DNA of 64,000 nt from Balanoglossus misakiensis (taxonomy: Eukaryota; Animalia; Hemichordata): positions 7,872,849 to 7,936,848 of the forward strand of contig CM082583.2 in NCBI GenBank assembly GCA_040954595.2, read 5' to 3'. Under the pieces are notes generated by a model. The model worked only from the letters and a program-made list of their open reading frames with translations. It made no database searches and was not told the DNA's origin. Of the stretch, positions 35,566 through 50,500 are shown piece by piece. The number at the start of each line of letters is the position of its first letter. Within the stretch, counting starts at the first letter, position 1. The position numbers and the translations under genes were made by a program.

Positions 35566-38500
35566 CTGGAACCAGACAAAAGAAGTGACAGAGATATGAA
35601 AGCCATGCAGGCAGACGACACACGCGGAACCGGTCAGCGCATGCTGACGTATATGCACTGTCCAATTATCTGCCTGGCCGTTTCAACCAAATCTGATGGC
35701 CAGCAGCAGACACACTGAGTTTGTACACTATACATTTAATAGAGATTGGTGGGCGTGTCGCGCTGATAACATTTCTTAAATCAATGAACCAAATTTGATG
35801 GAAATTCATACAGATACTCTTCTCAAAGAAATATGACTGCACTGCGATGTTTATTCAAGTTGTACATATACGTGTAATGTCATGCGTCAATATTCGGAAT
35901 AGCATACCTCGTGATTCGACAGTTCATACCAAGGCTGTTTGCCGTATTCAAATATTTCCCACAACACAACGCCGAAGCTCCACACGTCGCTTTCTATCGT
36001 AAACTTCCGGTAAAGTACGCTCTCTGGTGGCATCCATCTCACCGGTAACATTGTTTGGCCACCAACCTATTGGAAAATCCAAATCAGGACGAACATTGAA
36101 TGGAAAACTTGCAATACGTTAATCGGCTCCCGTTGCTAGTCTCAGATATTAACTGTATGGAGAGTGGGCCAATCAGGGTCAATGACAATTCACGTATGTC
36201 AATCACTATTTTTACCTTGGGTATTATCGAACAAAATAATATTTTCTTGGATAATATGGTTCAAGAAATATCAAGGTAAACGTATATGATTTCAAGATAC
36301 AAAAAGAAAACGGATGGACCACAGTATAATTTAGCATTACAAAACGTCCGTAAATATATGCCTGAACGAGAAGACCAACCAACGTTAAACAATGAAGACA
36401 TAAAAATGAAGTGGAACAATGAAAATAATCCTGTGATGGGTCAACACTTACTCTGTAGTAATCTGTGCTGTAGATATCACGTGACATGCCGAAATCGCCA
36501 ATTTTGACGACCAACTTATCGCCCACAAGGCAGTTTCTTGTCGCCATGTCACGGTGGACGAAATGCTGAGATGCCAGGTAGACCATGCCGGAAGCAATCT
36601 GGGTAGCGATGTGCAGCAGTTCCTTTGCAGTCAGCATCTTCTGAGCTGTGTAAGCCTTGCCAGTTAAGTAGAAGGCATCCGGGCCACGTGACCTGTGAGG
36701 AGTGTGAAGAAGAAACCGAGTGGTTAACGACGGCGGGGCTCGTCGGCTGATGGTCGCTTCCGAGTACATTTCCCATCCATTTAAATGAATGTGAGGGTGT
36801 CATCCACGAAAATTACGGAAGGAAGTCGCCCATTTTTAAGCGGAATAATGACATTTAACGTCGTTGTGACGCTGGTCTTGTTATAAAAACGAATTACAGG
36901 TGTGATCTTAAGTCGCATATTGGCAACTCAATGAAAAGTTGTCTCAGGCAGAATATATGATAATTTTTTTCTAAATGATGAGTAGGCCCACGCAGACCGC
37001 AAAACTATAAAGATGCCTAAATATCGATTAGCTATTCATGCAATTAAACGCTTATGTTACTGTCCAGGAAAATAAGTTACTCTTTATCGACCCCCACCTC
37101 AGATAATTATTCAAATCGCCATTTTCCATGTATTCGAACACCATGAGAAACGGGTCGCCATCGACGCAAACTCCGTAAAAAGTGACGATGTTGTCGTGCT
37201 GCAGGTTGGTAAGGAGCTCAGCTTCACGTTCGAAGTCACGCCTTGCGTCGCCGATGGAGGCGTCCTTCAACGTTTTGACGGCGACCAACGTTGTTTCGTC
37301 GGCCTCGTAGAGGTTGTCACACTTGCCCAGGTACACACGACCAAAGGCGCCCTCACCCAGTTCCCGAAGGAAGTTAATGGTCTCTCTTTTGATGTGGCGT
37401 ATCACTGTAGATTTGACGACAGAGAAAACATGTTACAAGATTCAGCAAAAAGGTCGAACGTAATTCAACCTAACCGCATCAAATTAAGCCTGTCAATACA
37501 GCAGTGGAGCCAGGATTGACTTGAGGGGATGAAGGCGGAAATTTTAAAATCGATATCAGAGCAATACGGTCAAGGAGAACATGTTTCTCCGTTGTGACTT
37601 CCTGCATTTACAGTACCTAAATGCCGGGAAGGCAAATGAATGATTTCTTTCCCCTTGTTTCTCGATCAAAGTCTCAATTTCCATTTGGGCTTTGTGGGTT
37701 TCTCGGTGTTGACATCTTTATCCATCGAAAACATTTCACAGCTTCGGGGGATTTGTCAAAACATTCGTTGAAATGCTATTAATGATTGATTTATGTCAGG
37801 AAGCTAAGGATACCTATCGAGCTCTTGTTATCATTGTGCTGAGTCTTCTTGAAGTAGTTCGGGTTCTCCACCATTTGCAGCCCGTCGCCGGGTAATGTAG
37901 TGCGCTTAGGCAACACGTCGCCGTTAGAGCTCATGGTCAGAGACACCGTGTTCAGGGGCAGGGCCGCAAACCCGTTCATCGAGGTGGGAGGTCGACGTCG
38001 CTTGCGCTGAAAGTGGCGTATACTGCAGATAATGAGGACTACCACTACCGTTGTGATCACCATGGAAACAGCAACTGCCACGTAGACCTGCAAGATGGCG
38101 GCATTTGTCATGAACATGAATCAAGTCGCGGACGAACACGAGTGATGCAAGTGTGGCTTTCCAACAGAAAAAAATAGTCACTGAACGAACGAACGAAAGC
38201 GCCACGCCAATTTTCAAGCGGCTGTTTGCATTTTTGATCGATGGAATGAGAGACTAATGTAGTCAACGGCAGGCGCAAAACGCGTGCTAAACTCTGTGAC
38301 TTGCTTTTTCCGAAAGCTGAACGTGTTTTGACGTACAGATTCTGTCGTTAACGCAAATTTTGCAAAATCGCCGAACTGAAATACTGGCCTCTTCACATCA
38401 GACGCTTCACCGCGTTGCCCTTTTTTGTGCGTATCGCCACGAGGCAGAAATTGCGCTCAGGTGCGGGAGACTGTTCTGTGAAAAGGGCAGAGTGACCTTC

Positions 38501-41500
38501 GAAAATATGCGCAATTCGCATTTCATGGATCAATCTTACATGATGCACGGACGTACAAATTGGGAAGTTTTTTTTCTCTCTCTCTCTTTCTAATGTCTCA
38601 TTATAATTTGTTCAGTTCCCTTAGAAGGGAAATTGGCCAAATAACTTACAGTTGAGTTTCACTGTCTAATGGATGGTCGGCATTTGAAAAGTCCAGAAAT
38701 GTTCTCGCCCAGTATAACGCCGATAATTGGTATTAAATTAAAATCGCATGCACACCTGTTAAATCATGGCGACAGTGACGTTATCAGAGCGGTGAAAACA
38801 CGTTATACTAGTAGATGCAAGTGGTATTTTAGCGTTCTGGTATGGGAATCTTTTGGTAATGTATATATGTGTACGTGAATTATTACATTTTCGGTGAAAC
38901 TGTCACTCTTTCAAATGGCAGTCTGCTCGTTAAAGCAAATGCGAACTCGGAAATGTGTTAACACGAATCAGCCCCCAAGGAAGTATGTTGCTAACGGACA
39001 AGTTTTAAAAGGTCAGAGAAGTCTCTACGAAGATTCCAGGCCATTCCCAACTGCAGCCTTTATGGGAATCGTTTTGATAACGCTTGACAATTAGGGTCTA
39101 GAGAATGTTTTCGAGAAGAACATAAATCATGCCATTTCCCCTGGAGTCGCGAGAGAATGGCGGCGGGTTCTGCGTGAAGAGGCCAGTTTATTCGTTTGTT
39201 CCAGTCACTTTTGTAAATGAATATCTAATCTGACCAGCGACTCTTCCGAACAAGTATATCTACAAGCGCTGTCTACACTCAATACTGCTTGGCATGCTTG
39301 GAAAACCGCGCACGTTTATATAGAGGCGAACAAACGTTTCTTATTCTCACAGAGCATCGAAAGTTTGCGCTTCGCCAGAGAGCAACCGCACGAAAAACAA
39401 CCGAATATTATAAAAAAAAAACACGACAAAAAAGAAGAAAATGGTCCAATGGCAACAATTTTCAGAGCACTGTAATTCAAAATGTAGCTTGCTTGCACAT
39501 TTGCAGCACTGACGTGTACATATAGTATAGCAGCTAGAAAGCTTTGGCGGCAGCATTGCTGTGAGCATGCTATGCGCAGGAGCGTTGCCTATCTACTATG
39601 GCGCTTTTAACTCAAATGGTGTTAGAAATGGTTACCATGGTTACATTCCCACTCAATCGTAGCAGCAGTCTTCGCTTGAACTGCTAACCCGTTCCGTTCC
39701 GACGGCTGCCGTTATATTTGGAATCGTGGGGAGAGACACTTTTCATTATCTTTAAAATTAACACAAGGGCGTGGACTGGCACGGAACAGTATGACGTATA
39801 CGCCCAAAAGTTGGCTCTTCTAAATAAATATAATTGTTGCACTACAGTATCAAAACTAGCACAGATAGTCCAACAAATGACGATATTTGTTCAACTTTCA
39901 AATTATCGAAAATTAATCGACTGCAAATTTGATTGAGGGTCTAGATTGTTTTAGTCCTATTTCCGTTGTTTTATTTTGTTTTGTCACAATTTTTTGCCAT
40001 TCTTGTCTTGCAAGAATAAGAATAAGTTGACAGGCGTGTGGAAATATACAGGCTCAACCACGTACTACAGTCTACACTGTGTCCAAATTTTGGTCATACT
40101 AATACTTTCAGTGCCATTATTGATATAGATATATACGAAGGAAGTATTACGAGGGAAGATGATACGGTTACACTTATAAAAGAAGGTGAGGTAGAGGGAG
40201 CCGTCTGAACGAAACGCTGACTGTAGTATTTTTACTTACAGCCGAATCCCTTGATAAACTCGGTAACAGGACGGTAATGGAAGTCTTGTTCTCAGTATCA
40301 GATTGGGAAGTGGGAATTACTCGTGGCAAGTTAGGATCATCGACGCCCCCTATAAGACGAATGGAACATGCAATAGAAAACAAATTCAACGTTGCGAAGC
40401 ATGCAACACAATGAAAAGGTATGGCGTCAAACACAGCACAAGAAGCACACATGCGCACACGACGTGGATTTGGTGTTTGCTAACGACAATTTTTGCTTTG
40501 GCAGGAAATGTCTCCACGGAGCAGGAGACGTTCCCCTACTTACACTTGATGTGTCAGGTTGATTAGTCGTGGGTATCGACGTCGACTTGGAATAAATAAC
40601 TTGTGCAGAAGTTGGACTCACGGGAGGTGGTATATTGTCTGGTGGTATTGGCCCTAGAGAATAATGATTCACAGAGACAACGGAAGAGGGGAGGAATGTA
40701 GAAATAAAGGGTAAAGGATAAGAAAATAGGGTTCAGAGACGAGGGTTAGTAATCAGAAAAGAAAAAAGAAAATCGAGAAGGAAAAAAATCCTTGAAAATC
40801 AAAGATAAAAGTACAAAAAAGTGGAACTGAAGATACGGTTCCAACATAACCGATGATTGAATAAAGATAAATGGTTTTTAGTAAACTCCATGCCTGTTCG
40901 GTTTGAATCACCCAGATAGCATACATTACATTATGCGTAGTCAGGGTGTAAACTCATGCATGCATCGACCATATCACGACCTTGTAGGAAAACAGAAAGG
41001 TCAGATAGGCCGAAAATGTCAATGGAAGAGAGGAAAGTGTATGATTTGAAAAGAAGAGTTGGGGACGTATTTGTCCAAACAGAGAAAGGTGGGGGTCCAC
41101 GTTTAAAACGTGCATCCATGTCATGCGTATAAAATAGGTATGGACGCTGTTCAGAGAAATCACTTTTCAGAGCCAGGGAACCATAGACCGAAACATGGCG
41201 GAAGGTGACCCGACCTAAAACAAATTTGAGAGAAGTTAACCGAACTTTTACCCAAAAGCCTGCCTGACGTTCGGAAAATAGATCGTTTTCGCCAAAAGCC
41301 AATCGTGGCTAGATTATCAGCGAGAGGTCGTTTGGAAAAAGGCTGTGGGCCTAGGGAGTCAGAACACCATGCACGAGTTCTCATTTGCAGGTGAACATCC
41401 GTGCGGTATATCATGGAAATCTCCGTCACCAGTGTAAGAGAAGTGTAGAAGTGCGTGTACGCTCTTCATCAGAGTAAACCTGCTTTCTAGACGTCTTCGT

Positions 41501-44500
41501 GCTTAGACAAACAGACACCAAAATCATTGGAGGAAATTCACCACCGTCATCCATACCACATGACCTTATATTACATCATGGAATTTTTGCCACTCCCTCC
41601 TCCCTCCGGCAGCCGTGTGAAAAATGAAAAATTGGTTCCGGGGAGGGTTAGAGCATCGATACACACACGTTTTGACTTCTTCAGTTCGGTATCAACCTAG
41701 CAGATTTATATAGAGGAATATGTCCCGGATGTAAGATCACGTGGGACCGTTCGACTTGCCGAGCAAGTACCCGGATTTTCAAAAATATGTCAGTAAGATA
41801 CATATCAGTTTTAGTTGGGATTATGTTAAACCCAAGCACAGCCTCTTAAATCGTCATTGACTCTCATTTTCAGACATCCATAAACCAATAGAGTTCTAAA
41901 AAACAATGTTCTTGATCTGTCGTCTGCAGAATTCAAACTTCGTGTTCTAAACTAAGGACATTTAGTGCTTACCGGGATGCGCCGAGAATTGAGCATAGAC
42001 GCTGGCCACGTCACTCCCCAAGAAATTCGTCGCCACCAGTGTGTAGTTGCCGTTGTTGTATTGAGTCGGTATCTGGATGGTGAGACAACCTGTCAACTCG
42101 TGGACTTTGTCATTGGAGAGGATCTCCAGATAGGTGTGGTCGTCAGTTTGATCGTCTCCCGGGCCGACGACCTTCAGGTTGTCAATGAGATGATCGTCTC
42201 TGTACCACGTCAGGGTGGGCAGTGGTGTGCCGGTGACATTGAACAGAAAGCAATGGTGGAAATACTCGTGGGGTTTCCTCAATTCTAAAATCCGAGGGAC
42301 ACCTGTTAATGAAAGGTAAAGGGCGTGGCATTTAAATTTTTTTGCAAGGATTTGTAGAACCGTAAGTCTGGTCTGTGGACAATCAAACATGTGGTATGTT
42401 TAAAAACATGGTTCAAAGACTTGGAGCTCCTCAGCCATTAGCTGACGGCATTCGCTGAAATACAGCGCCCTCAGGAGGACAGCACAGTCGAAGACCAAAA
42501 CTGCAAGTGCTTCACCGGGACAACTGCAGTTGTACTTACTGTTTATGGTGACGTAAGTGGCGCTGGTCACTTTCCCGACAACGTTGCTGGCCGAACACTC
42601 GATGACGCCATTGTCTTCACCCCTGGAGTTGATCAATGTCAAACTCTTTCGCAACCCTTCGTTTTCGCTAGAAACGGAATAGTTGGACCTGACGTAGAAC
42701 AGGTTCCAGTGCAGTTCAGGTTTGGGTTTGCCTTCTGCCTCACAGACGATCGTTGCTGTGTTTGATTCATTTATTGTCACGCTGGCCGGAACAACAGATA
42801 TCGTTGGCAATTCTGGGGACAGAAAAACATTATTGTTATGTCAGTGAAGACCGCATCCATGAGATAACCCTAAAACGTCGGTTCCCATAATTTTATGTAT
42901 ATACTAAGATGCATCGCTGTGTGACTAGAAACAAACGTTTGCATGGCTGGCAGTAGTGCGATACTATAAAAGACAACTGCTACGGTTCAGAGAGAATTTT
43001 AGAAGGAAATTACTGACCACAGGAAGTTTGTATCGGTGCCGTAACAAGCGTAACGTCTTCTTGCGATTGTGGCATTCTGCACAGCAAAGTGTTGTTGACC
43101 ACATGGTTTTCTATCAATAATTGCAACCATTTTGTTTCACACCCACACTTCAAGTTATTGCCATCTAATTTCCTGTTGAGGGGAGAAAAATGTGGTTATT
43201 ATCAGTCTGAATATGACAAAAATGCGAAGGGCGCCATTTCCATGGCTGCGGTCGAGAAATATTTTTTTTCTGAATTTCGCTGTTCTTTTCAGAGAATGTG
43301 GGTTTGCGAATGGCATCTTTCAGAAAAGGTAGGTGAATTTAAATGAGTTAGACATGGACGTTGGTCAGCTCGTGTGTGATACCAGTGTCTGCAAGATATA
43401 TTGAGATGTCTCCGTGGGAAACAAACACTAAAAGTTTACTGAATGTGTCTTTTTAAAGTCACGCTGTACTGTACGCTGCCTGGACTATGTGTATAATGTT
43501 ACTCCTAAATCTTTATACACATATAAGCTCTTCTCCGATATACATCATTAAAAGCCCGTTTTCGTTTCAATTTCAACAGACTTCTTGCCAGTGAGACGTG
43601 AAAAAAGTGGTGGGAAAATAGAAAAGAACATATGTACACGTAGAAACTGAAACCTCTCTGAGCCTGTGGCCGACATGTTTTCGTCGTCTGCTGCTAATCA
43701 CAGGGGCGGTGTCAAGCTACGTCAGAAATGGAGTGACATGTTGGAATCGCGCCGTAAAACGTAAATGTATCTCGTTCAGAACTTCATAAATGCCGTTTAT
43801 AAAGAAGAGAGCACCGGTGACATAAGTAAAATCTGACTGAGAGTTTTGTTGGACACAGATCGGAAACGGGCAGATCAAACCACATTTGCGCACTAAATTA
43901 ATGGTTTCTTCTTCCTGTTTGTAGTGGATACCATGCTCTTGACAAAACTGAAATGCCAGTGACATAATTTTACGTGTAAATTGCCAAGTGTACATGCAAC
44001 ACAATGAGCCTGCGATCCGTGACAACTCATTAGCTTTCCTCTCGACCACGCGCCACTTCAAATAATACAAGTTTCATCGGAATTAACACGATCGTTATGT
44101 TGATTACAGTATATTATATTACAAGGTGTAAAAAGTTTATTACTTTTATGTGCATATTCTGTCACTTCACATATCTCTGAGTTCCATTGATAAAAGTCGA
44201 CCAGACAATCGCAATCTTACGACGCGTGACGGAAAGAACCAAGGAAACCAGCACACTTCAATTCATAGCTAAAATTCCCACAATGCTTTGAGATGAAAAG
44301 CCATGTATTAATTCGGCAACCCACGATACTAACGTTGGTGACGAAAATGAAGTTTTCAAGATACTGTCAACCCAACATACATTTTTAGAATTACTTTAAC
44401 AGAACTTTCAAAGATATTCGCGAAATATTCGACGAGAATTTGTTACTATAACTTGCCATTACTTTGTAATAGGCCAATACGGTACGGGTATGCACAACAA

Positions 44501-47500
44501 GAAATTTTGGCTCATCAATATAAAATATTTTTAATCATTCGCACCATAAACTTTGTGCAATCTGTAAATAGCCCATGCATGTTTTGAAAAACAGCTACGT
44601 TTATGAAGACATATACAGTTTATTATTTCCAGAATTTGATCGCGCGCCATTCGTCTCAATTTCTGGCGCATCTTTTATAAGGCTTATAGATTTCACGGAG
44701 AACTCAAAGATCTTGTCTCAGAACAATAAAAAATTCATTTTACTATTTTGCTATTTTTGACTTGATGTTGATGGTTGGTGTGATCGGTGATCACATAGGA
44801 AGTACATCAAATTTATGACATTTTATAGAAATACATCTTGAAGAATGTCTGCATAAGTATTATCTCGCGATCATATCGCAGTTGAAAGGATGATGGTGTT
44901 GGATTTCTTTTCCTTCGTGAAAATATGTGATAGCGAAAATGAATCCTTCCCGGGGGTCCAACCCTAGGACAAACGTTCTCATTCACTCAGTACCCACAGT
45001 CTGCACCCCCCCCCCTCGCACGGTATGCGCATGACCACTCAGTTCTCAGTTTTGCTAGTGTTGCCTACTATTGACTGCGTTGTTATGACCAAGCAAAAAC
45101 AAATAGAGACGTCTCCCCGCGCTGAGTTTCTGAAGAATGTGTGACAGGTGTCTGGTCGGTTACTTTGCATGTTAGTCTAGTTCAGTATCGCTACGCAGGT
45201 TTGATTTAGATTGTCTTGGACCCCTACGTCCATAGATTTGCCAGTCAATCAACTGGCGAGAAACTCCTCTGCAGCTGTTCAGGCGCGCTCCGCTATCTAC
45301 TAAAGATTGAACCTGTAAGACAACAAAACATAAAATTCGAGCCTTGCAACCATTCGGCATGTTTTCGGTTTCTGTTCGCGCGACAAACAACATGCCGGCC
45401 ATACCGGTTAGATTTTTTGTATGTGACTAAGGTATCTGCTCTCACAAAGACATATCCCGAACATTTCTGGGTTGATCGTCGTCACGAGTCCTGTATATAA
45501 CGATACTTTAACACAATCAACGCAATTGGAAACGGCGATGTGGGATATATGTCAGTCAGAAAATCACAGTTCTAAACGTTTCTGAAAGACGCCTTGCGAA
45601 GACCCCGGTAGTCAATAAATTACTGCACGTGTGAGATATCACTTTCCACGTCTCTATCGTTCGCTGCATGCACTTCATTCTCAATCGGATATAATTTCAA
45701 AATCACACAACCGAAAAGCAGAAGTCTCGCTAACTTAATATCGGAACATAGAGACAGTTGTCAAAATTCCAATTCTTCGGCAGCGTATAGAATTTTCATT
45801 TTACAAATAAAAGTGATAACGAAGATATAATAACGTGCAAGAGATCGGCGGGTTGGAAGGTCGTGACGAGGAAGTTGTCTGTTCATTAGGAAATCACGTC
45901 AAACATTTCACGACAGCGATATTATTCAGCTCACAGTCGATTAGATTCTACATGAATTCTACCTCTAGACGGGGTCAAGGTCAAGGCCGCCATTTTGTTT
46001 CATCCAATCTCATGCAAAGGCGGAGAATTAGCATCCCCGGTTTGATGGGATTATTTCCGTCGTCAAATTTGTCACCTCTTCAAATCTCCGGGTCCTTTAA
46101 AATTTGATTTGCTTGCATGGCTAATTGTAGCCGGCCTTAACGATGTGAGTAACTCGTTAATCACGCATAAAAGGCCGGGTACACTATCGGAACTGACGCT
46201 ATCTGCACAAAAATGGCGGCTGAAAAACACCGTTTCGTTCGTCTTCGTTTATATACTTACAGAACACCGTGTAATATCTCCGTAACCGAAATTGTCGCCA
46301 TTCTATTTTTTGCGCTGTTTTGGAATTTTTATCTGTCTGTATTTAATCATCTATGCTGAACGATTTTTATACATTTTTTTTACTATTTTTACACTCACCA
46401 ACTATTTGTTCTTCCGTGGTTCTGTTATTCTGCTGCAAATCATTTAATGACGACACCTCTTTCAAAAAAAACTAAATGGAGAATTGATAGAAACCACACG
46501 TAAACCGTTTTTATTTTCTGGCACATTTGCGCACAGCTCAGTCAAAAAAAATGTTAAATTCAGTGATCAAATACATCTAATATTGTCAACTTTGGGATAA
46601 ACTTCACTGAATATGATTATGTTTTGTTTGTCATTTTCAGCAAAATTCACGACGCTACATTTCATAAACTAGCTCGGTGTTCCCTGTACTTTGATACCAT
46701 CCAGGAAATTATGCCTAATTTTAACGTTCCCGGTCACATATTGAACAAACTGTACATGGTTTGTAAAACGAATCTCACAGAAAGGACAACTTCCTCTTAA
46801 AATTAATATCGTCCCCTTCTGGTATCTCGTCTTTGCATCTTCACATGCCATTGTTTCCTTACACGTCAATCATTTGTCAGATATGCCCCGCCCCGTGCAA
46901 GTTCCTATCGCTGCTTTTGTCTCACGTATCAGTCTCCCAGTCTTTTAAATCCAAAGCCGTGTAGTTGTTCGAAAATCCAACGACAGTCACTGCCTACTGC
47001 AGCTTAATTCCGACCCCCCCCCCATGTCGTCACCCACAAACGACACAAAAATCAAATTAGACAGTACAGCCGGATTAATATACCCGCCTTTTGTTATGAT
47101 TATTAATAACTATACAGGAATGCATTTAATATCCATAAAGCGTCGACCAGAGAAATTACACGCATGATGAATTTTATTATGGAACTAAAACATGGATAAA
47201 CATCTGAGTTAAGTTCAACACAGCGATCGTGTACGTCACAAGCTTGCGGATTTAAAGTGGCGCACACACAGCGAACACGGTTCATTCCATCGATTCAGAT
47301 TAAGTTTGGAATCCGCTGGCAGTATCGCAGCAGTGGCGAGTCAGAATCGGGGAGAATGGGTCGGATAATGAGATGAATGAGATGAATCCCTTTGAATTGC
47401 TAGCTGCGGTGTGCGGATCCGGAGCGGCTACGAATAAAACTACCCACATATTGACTAGTCACAATGAAAGTAATAGGTTTCCTATCTCTCTGGAATACTC

Positions 47501-50500
47501 AACGGAAAACTGCCCTTTAAACAGCGCCGATGAGATCCATTTTGGCGAAACGGCAGCTGTATGCGACGTCTGACATTTAAAGAGATCGAAAAGGCCAAGG
47601 GTAATCTTTTTTTTGCGAATTTAAATAAAATCAACTCTATCAAAGTAATCTATCCATGCACGTTTTCGCCCTTGTTCCATCTAAAATGCACGAGTGGCTG
47701 GAACGCTGACGAGACAGGAACAGGAAGTGATGGCGTTGACACAATATCGAATATTCGGGAATGAATATGGTCGTGGCACCAACAACACTGAGACGCCCAC
47801 TGATGACAACATTACAAACGATGATAGTGACTGACAATGAAACCAATCACGAGGGAAGGCAAATGCACGTGTGACAGCTCTGACTCTGACTTGTCAGATT
47901 TAAACAAAGCATTAAAATGATTGTCCTCATGTCCTTTTTTATCTCCCCACTTGACGTCATCACTTAGTACCTGGCAATTGACTCCAAATAAATCGCGGCG
48001 CATTCTTCACTGAAAAAAAGTGTTCAGCTCAGCTGTAACGACTGCATCAAGGAACAGTTGCCACTGAAATTACCTTACGCGTCTGCATTGTGGCCAAGAT
48101 GTTCCAAACCCCAAATGGTCACAATTTTGACTCTACCGAGGTAAAAGTCTTATTGTATATGCCTCATCATTTCGTGGGTAGGTAAAGCAAAACGCAATAT
48201 TCTTTTCTCAATGTGATGTCTTTTTTCGAAAGGGGTAAAAAAATCTGGAAAACGACACGCTCTGTCAAAATTTAATTCATTCAAAAGGGAAAAAAAATGA
48301 CGAGCTCGATTTAAAGAATTAGCATACGTGAAATACACCTAACATTCAGCAAGAATGTGTCAGTTTGTCACTTCGCTGTGTGGTTAAATGACAAAATAGA
48401 GCATTGTGGGCAAAAAGGTCGATGGTGTTTACTCGCGGGGGTAGCCCCGGGAGTGTACTAGCGTGAAGATGCCCAGCACACGGATGGTTTTAATGATCGA
48501 ACAGCGTCTTTCACTCCATAAATGAAGATAAATGGAGCTCTGTTGAGACGCTAAATCAAATACTTTGTTAATTGACCCTCTTACTTTCCTCACGGAAATG
48601 AGGACTCGCCGAGCGCGGAAGTTCTCTTCATTGACTTCATGACTTAAGTCCCCAAGAGTGACATAGGTAGCTATACCGTTTGGGAAAAACTGCATTCCTA
48701 TAATCTCTTGTAATGCCCCTGCCTAAACTCAAGTCAAGAAGTATTTTGACCCCAAAACACCAACAGCTATTTAAGCCTGATATTCTCAGAACTCTCTAAC
48801 CCCTCCCCCACCCAATGATTCGAACATAAAGTAGCTACTCTAAATTTGTATACCAATATGTAATTGGTTCACAATGGACTAAACTCCTTGCTTCATTGAA
48901 TATAAAAAGTAGCCGAAATTTCATAAGATATGTCATTTAATTCACTTCTTCACAATTGTAAACTTCTCTTCATTTAAAGGCATACCAGCACGCGCGCGTG
49001 TGTGTGTGGGGGGGGGGGGGGCGTGGTGTGGTGAACAAACAAATGATATACTCACAATTGAGTGATATTCAGGCCATCAAATGGCTCCCATCCCAATTCT
49101 TCTATGTTATTATTCTGGAAATCTCTGAAAAGGAAGCACAGAATGTCAATATATTCCCTGCCCCTGATGACAAAAAACAAAACATGAAAATCACAGCGGA
49201 AGATAAATCAATAATGGATGTTAAATGAAGCATGTAGAGCACTAAGCTCACAGTCACATGCCCAGGTTGACATCTGTCGCTGCTATTTCTTGGCGCAAAA
49301 AAAACCGAGGGATTAGATTTGTTTTTGATTTCACAATGTCAGGTATTCGTGAAAGGCGCCTTCTCATCAGATATTAGAGATGTTTTAGTTACACGTAATT
49401 AATTACGCGTGCGTCTGTTGGCAGCAAGTGGTGCACGCGCACTGTTGTGCGTTTTTAATAAATATTCAAAAACATTGAATATTCAAATACGTTTCACTTA
49501 AAATATTTTGTGCGTGATGAAAATTCTCTAAGGCCACCCTTGCCATAAGTTTCTTGACTGTCGTGGAAATATATTTTAGTGCAGTTTTCCGAGTGGGAAT
49601 ACGTAATTGCGTTAACGTTTGGTAAACAGCAAATACTGCCGGTTTTGGCACATACGGCCGAAATTATTCCGATAACATGCAAGCTGGCCTTGTCACAATT
49701 GCAATTTCAGAGATCGATCGCCCAAATTAGGAGAACATATCAAAAAATCCGAAAAAATATTACACGTAGAAGAGCCGTTTGCCGATCCGAACTGCTGTAC
49801 ACGTACGTGACGTATAGTATTTACGTGTAACTTGACCTCTCTATTTTATTTAGAACACGACGTTGCAAAACGGAAAGGAGGGGAACAGATTCAGGAATAG
49901 AGGCAGTAAACAAAACAAAATATGGAAATATATTCCTCTTGGTATGGCAGATCGCATTTCTACTTCCGTCACAGATGGCGTGTCATGTAGGTAATGGTCC
50001 CTTATGGGTCAATTAGCAATTAGCATCTGTTAAGATACATTTGCAGCGTTCCGTTGACCGATAGTGGACAATATTTTTTTTTCTTTCCAATGGCTGTTAA
50101 ACACAGCCAAGGGTAATTTAAAGCAAACACGATAATAGGACTGTACCCGGAGAGTTTCCTATGCACTTGTAAATGCGTAAAACAAATTTAAAATCTCTTA
50201 GCCGTGAAGGGCGTTGGGGCGAGTTTCAAATAGAAGAATTATAGGTTTTTGGGGGGAACACAGGTGCGCGGTTCTGTAGTTGTGGGTGATCAACGCATAT
50301 CTTACTGTAAACATCTGTGCTCGTTAGCCATAGATAATGATTGATGCGTGTGTGTGGGCCTATGCACATTAACCACCAGAGAAATGCCACGGTGAATGGG
50401 TTTTTCAAATTACACGGACGTTGAAGCGTACGCGGTTGATTGTGCGTCACGTGACCTCTCATCCAGCCTGGATACATTTTCGCTATTAAAAACATGTTTT

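Noticed and set aside
36530-36560. HRDMATRN instead of the canonical HRDLATRN in the kinase catalytic loop
   Set aside because: Conservative L->M change; the catalytic residues (VAVK, HRD, N, DFG) are intact, so this is not a pseudokinase.
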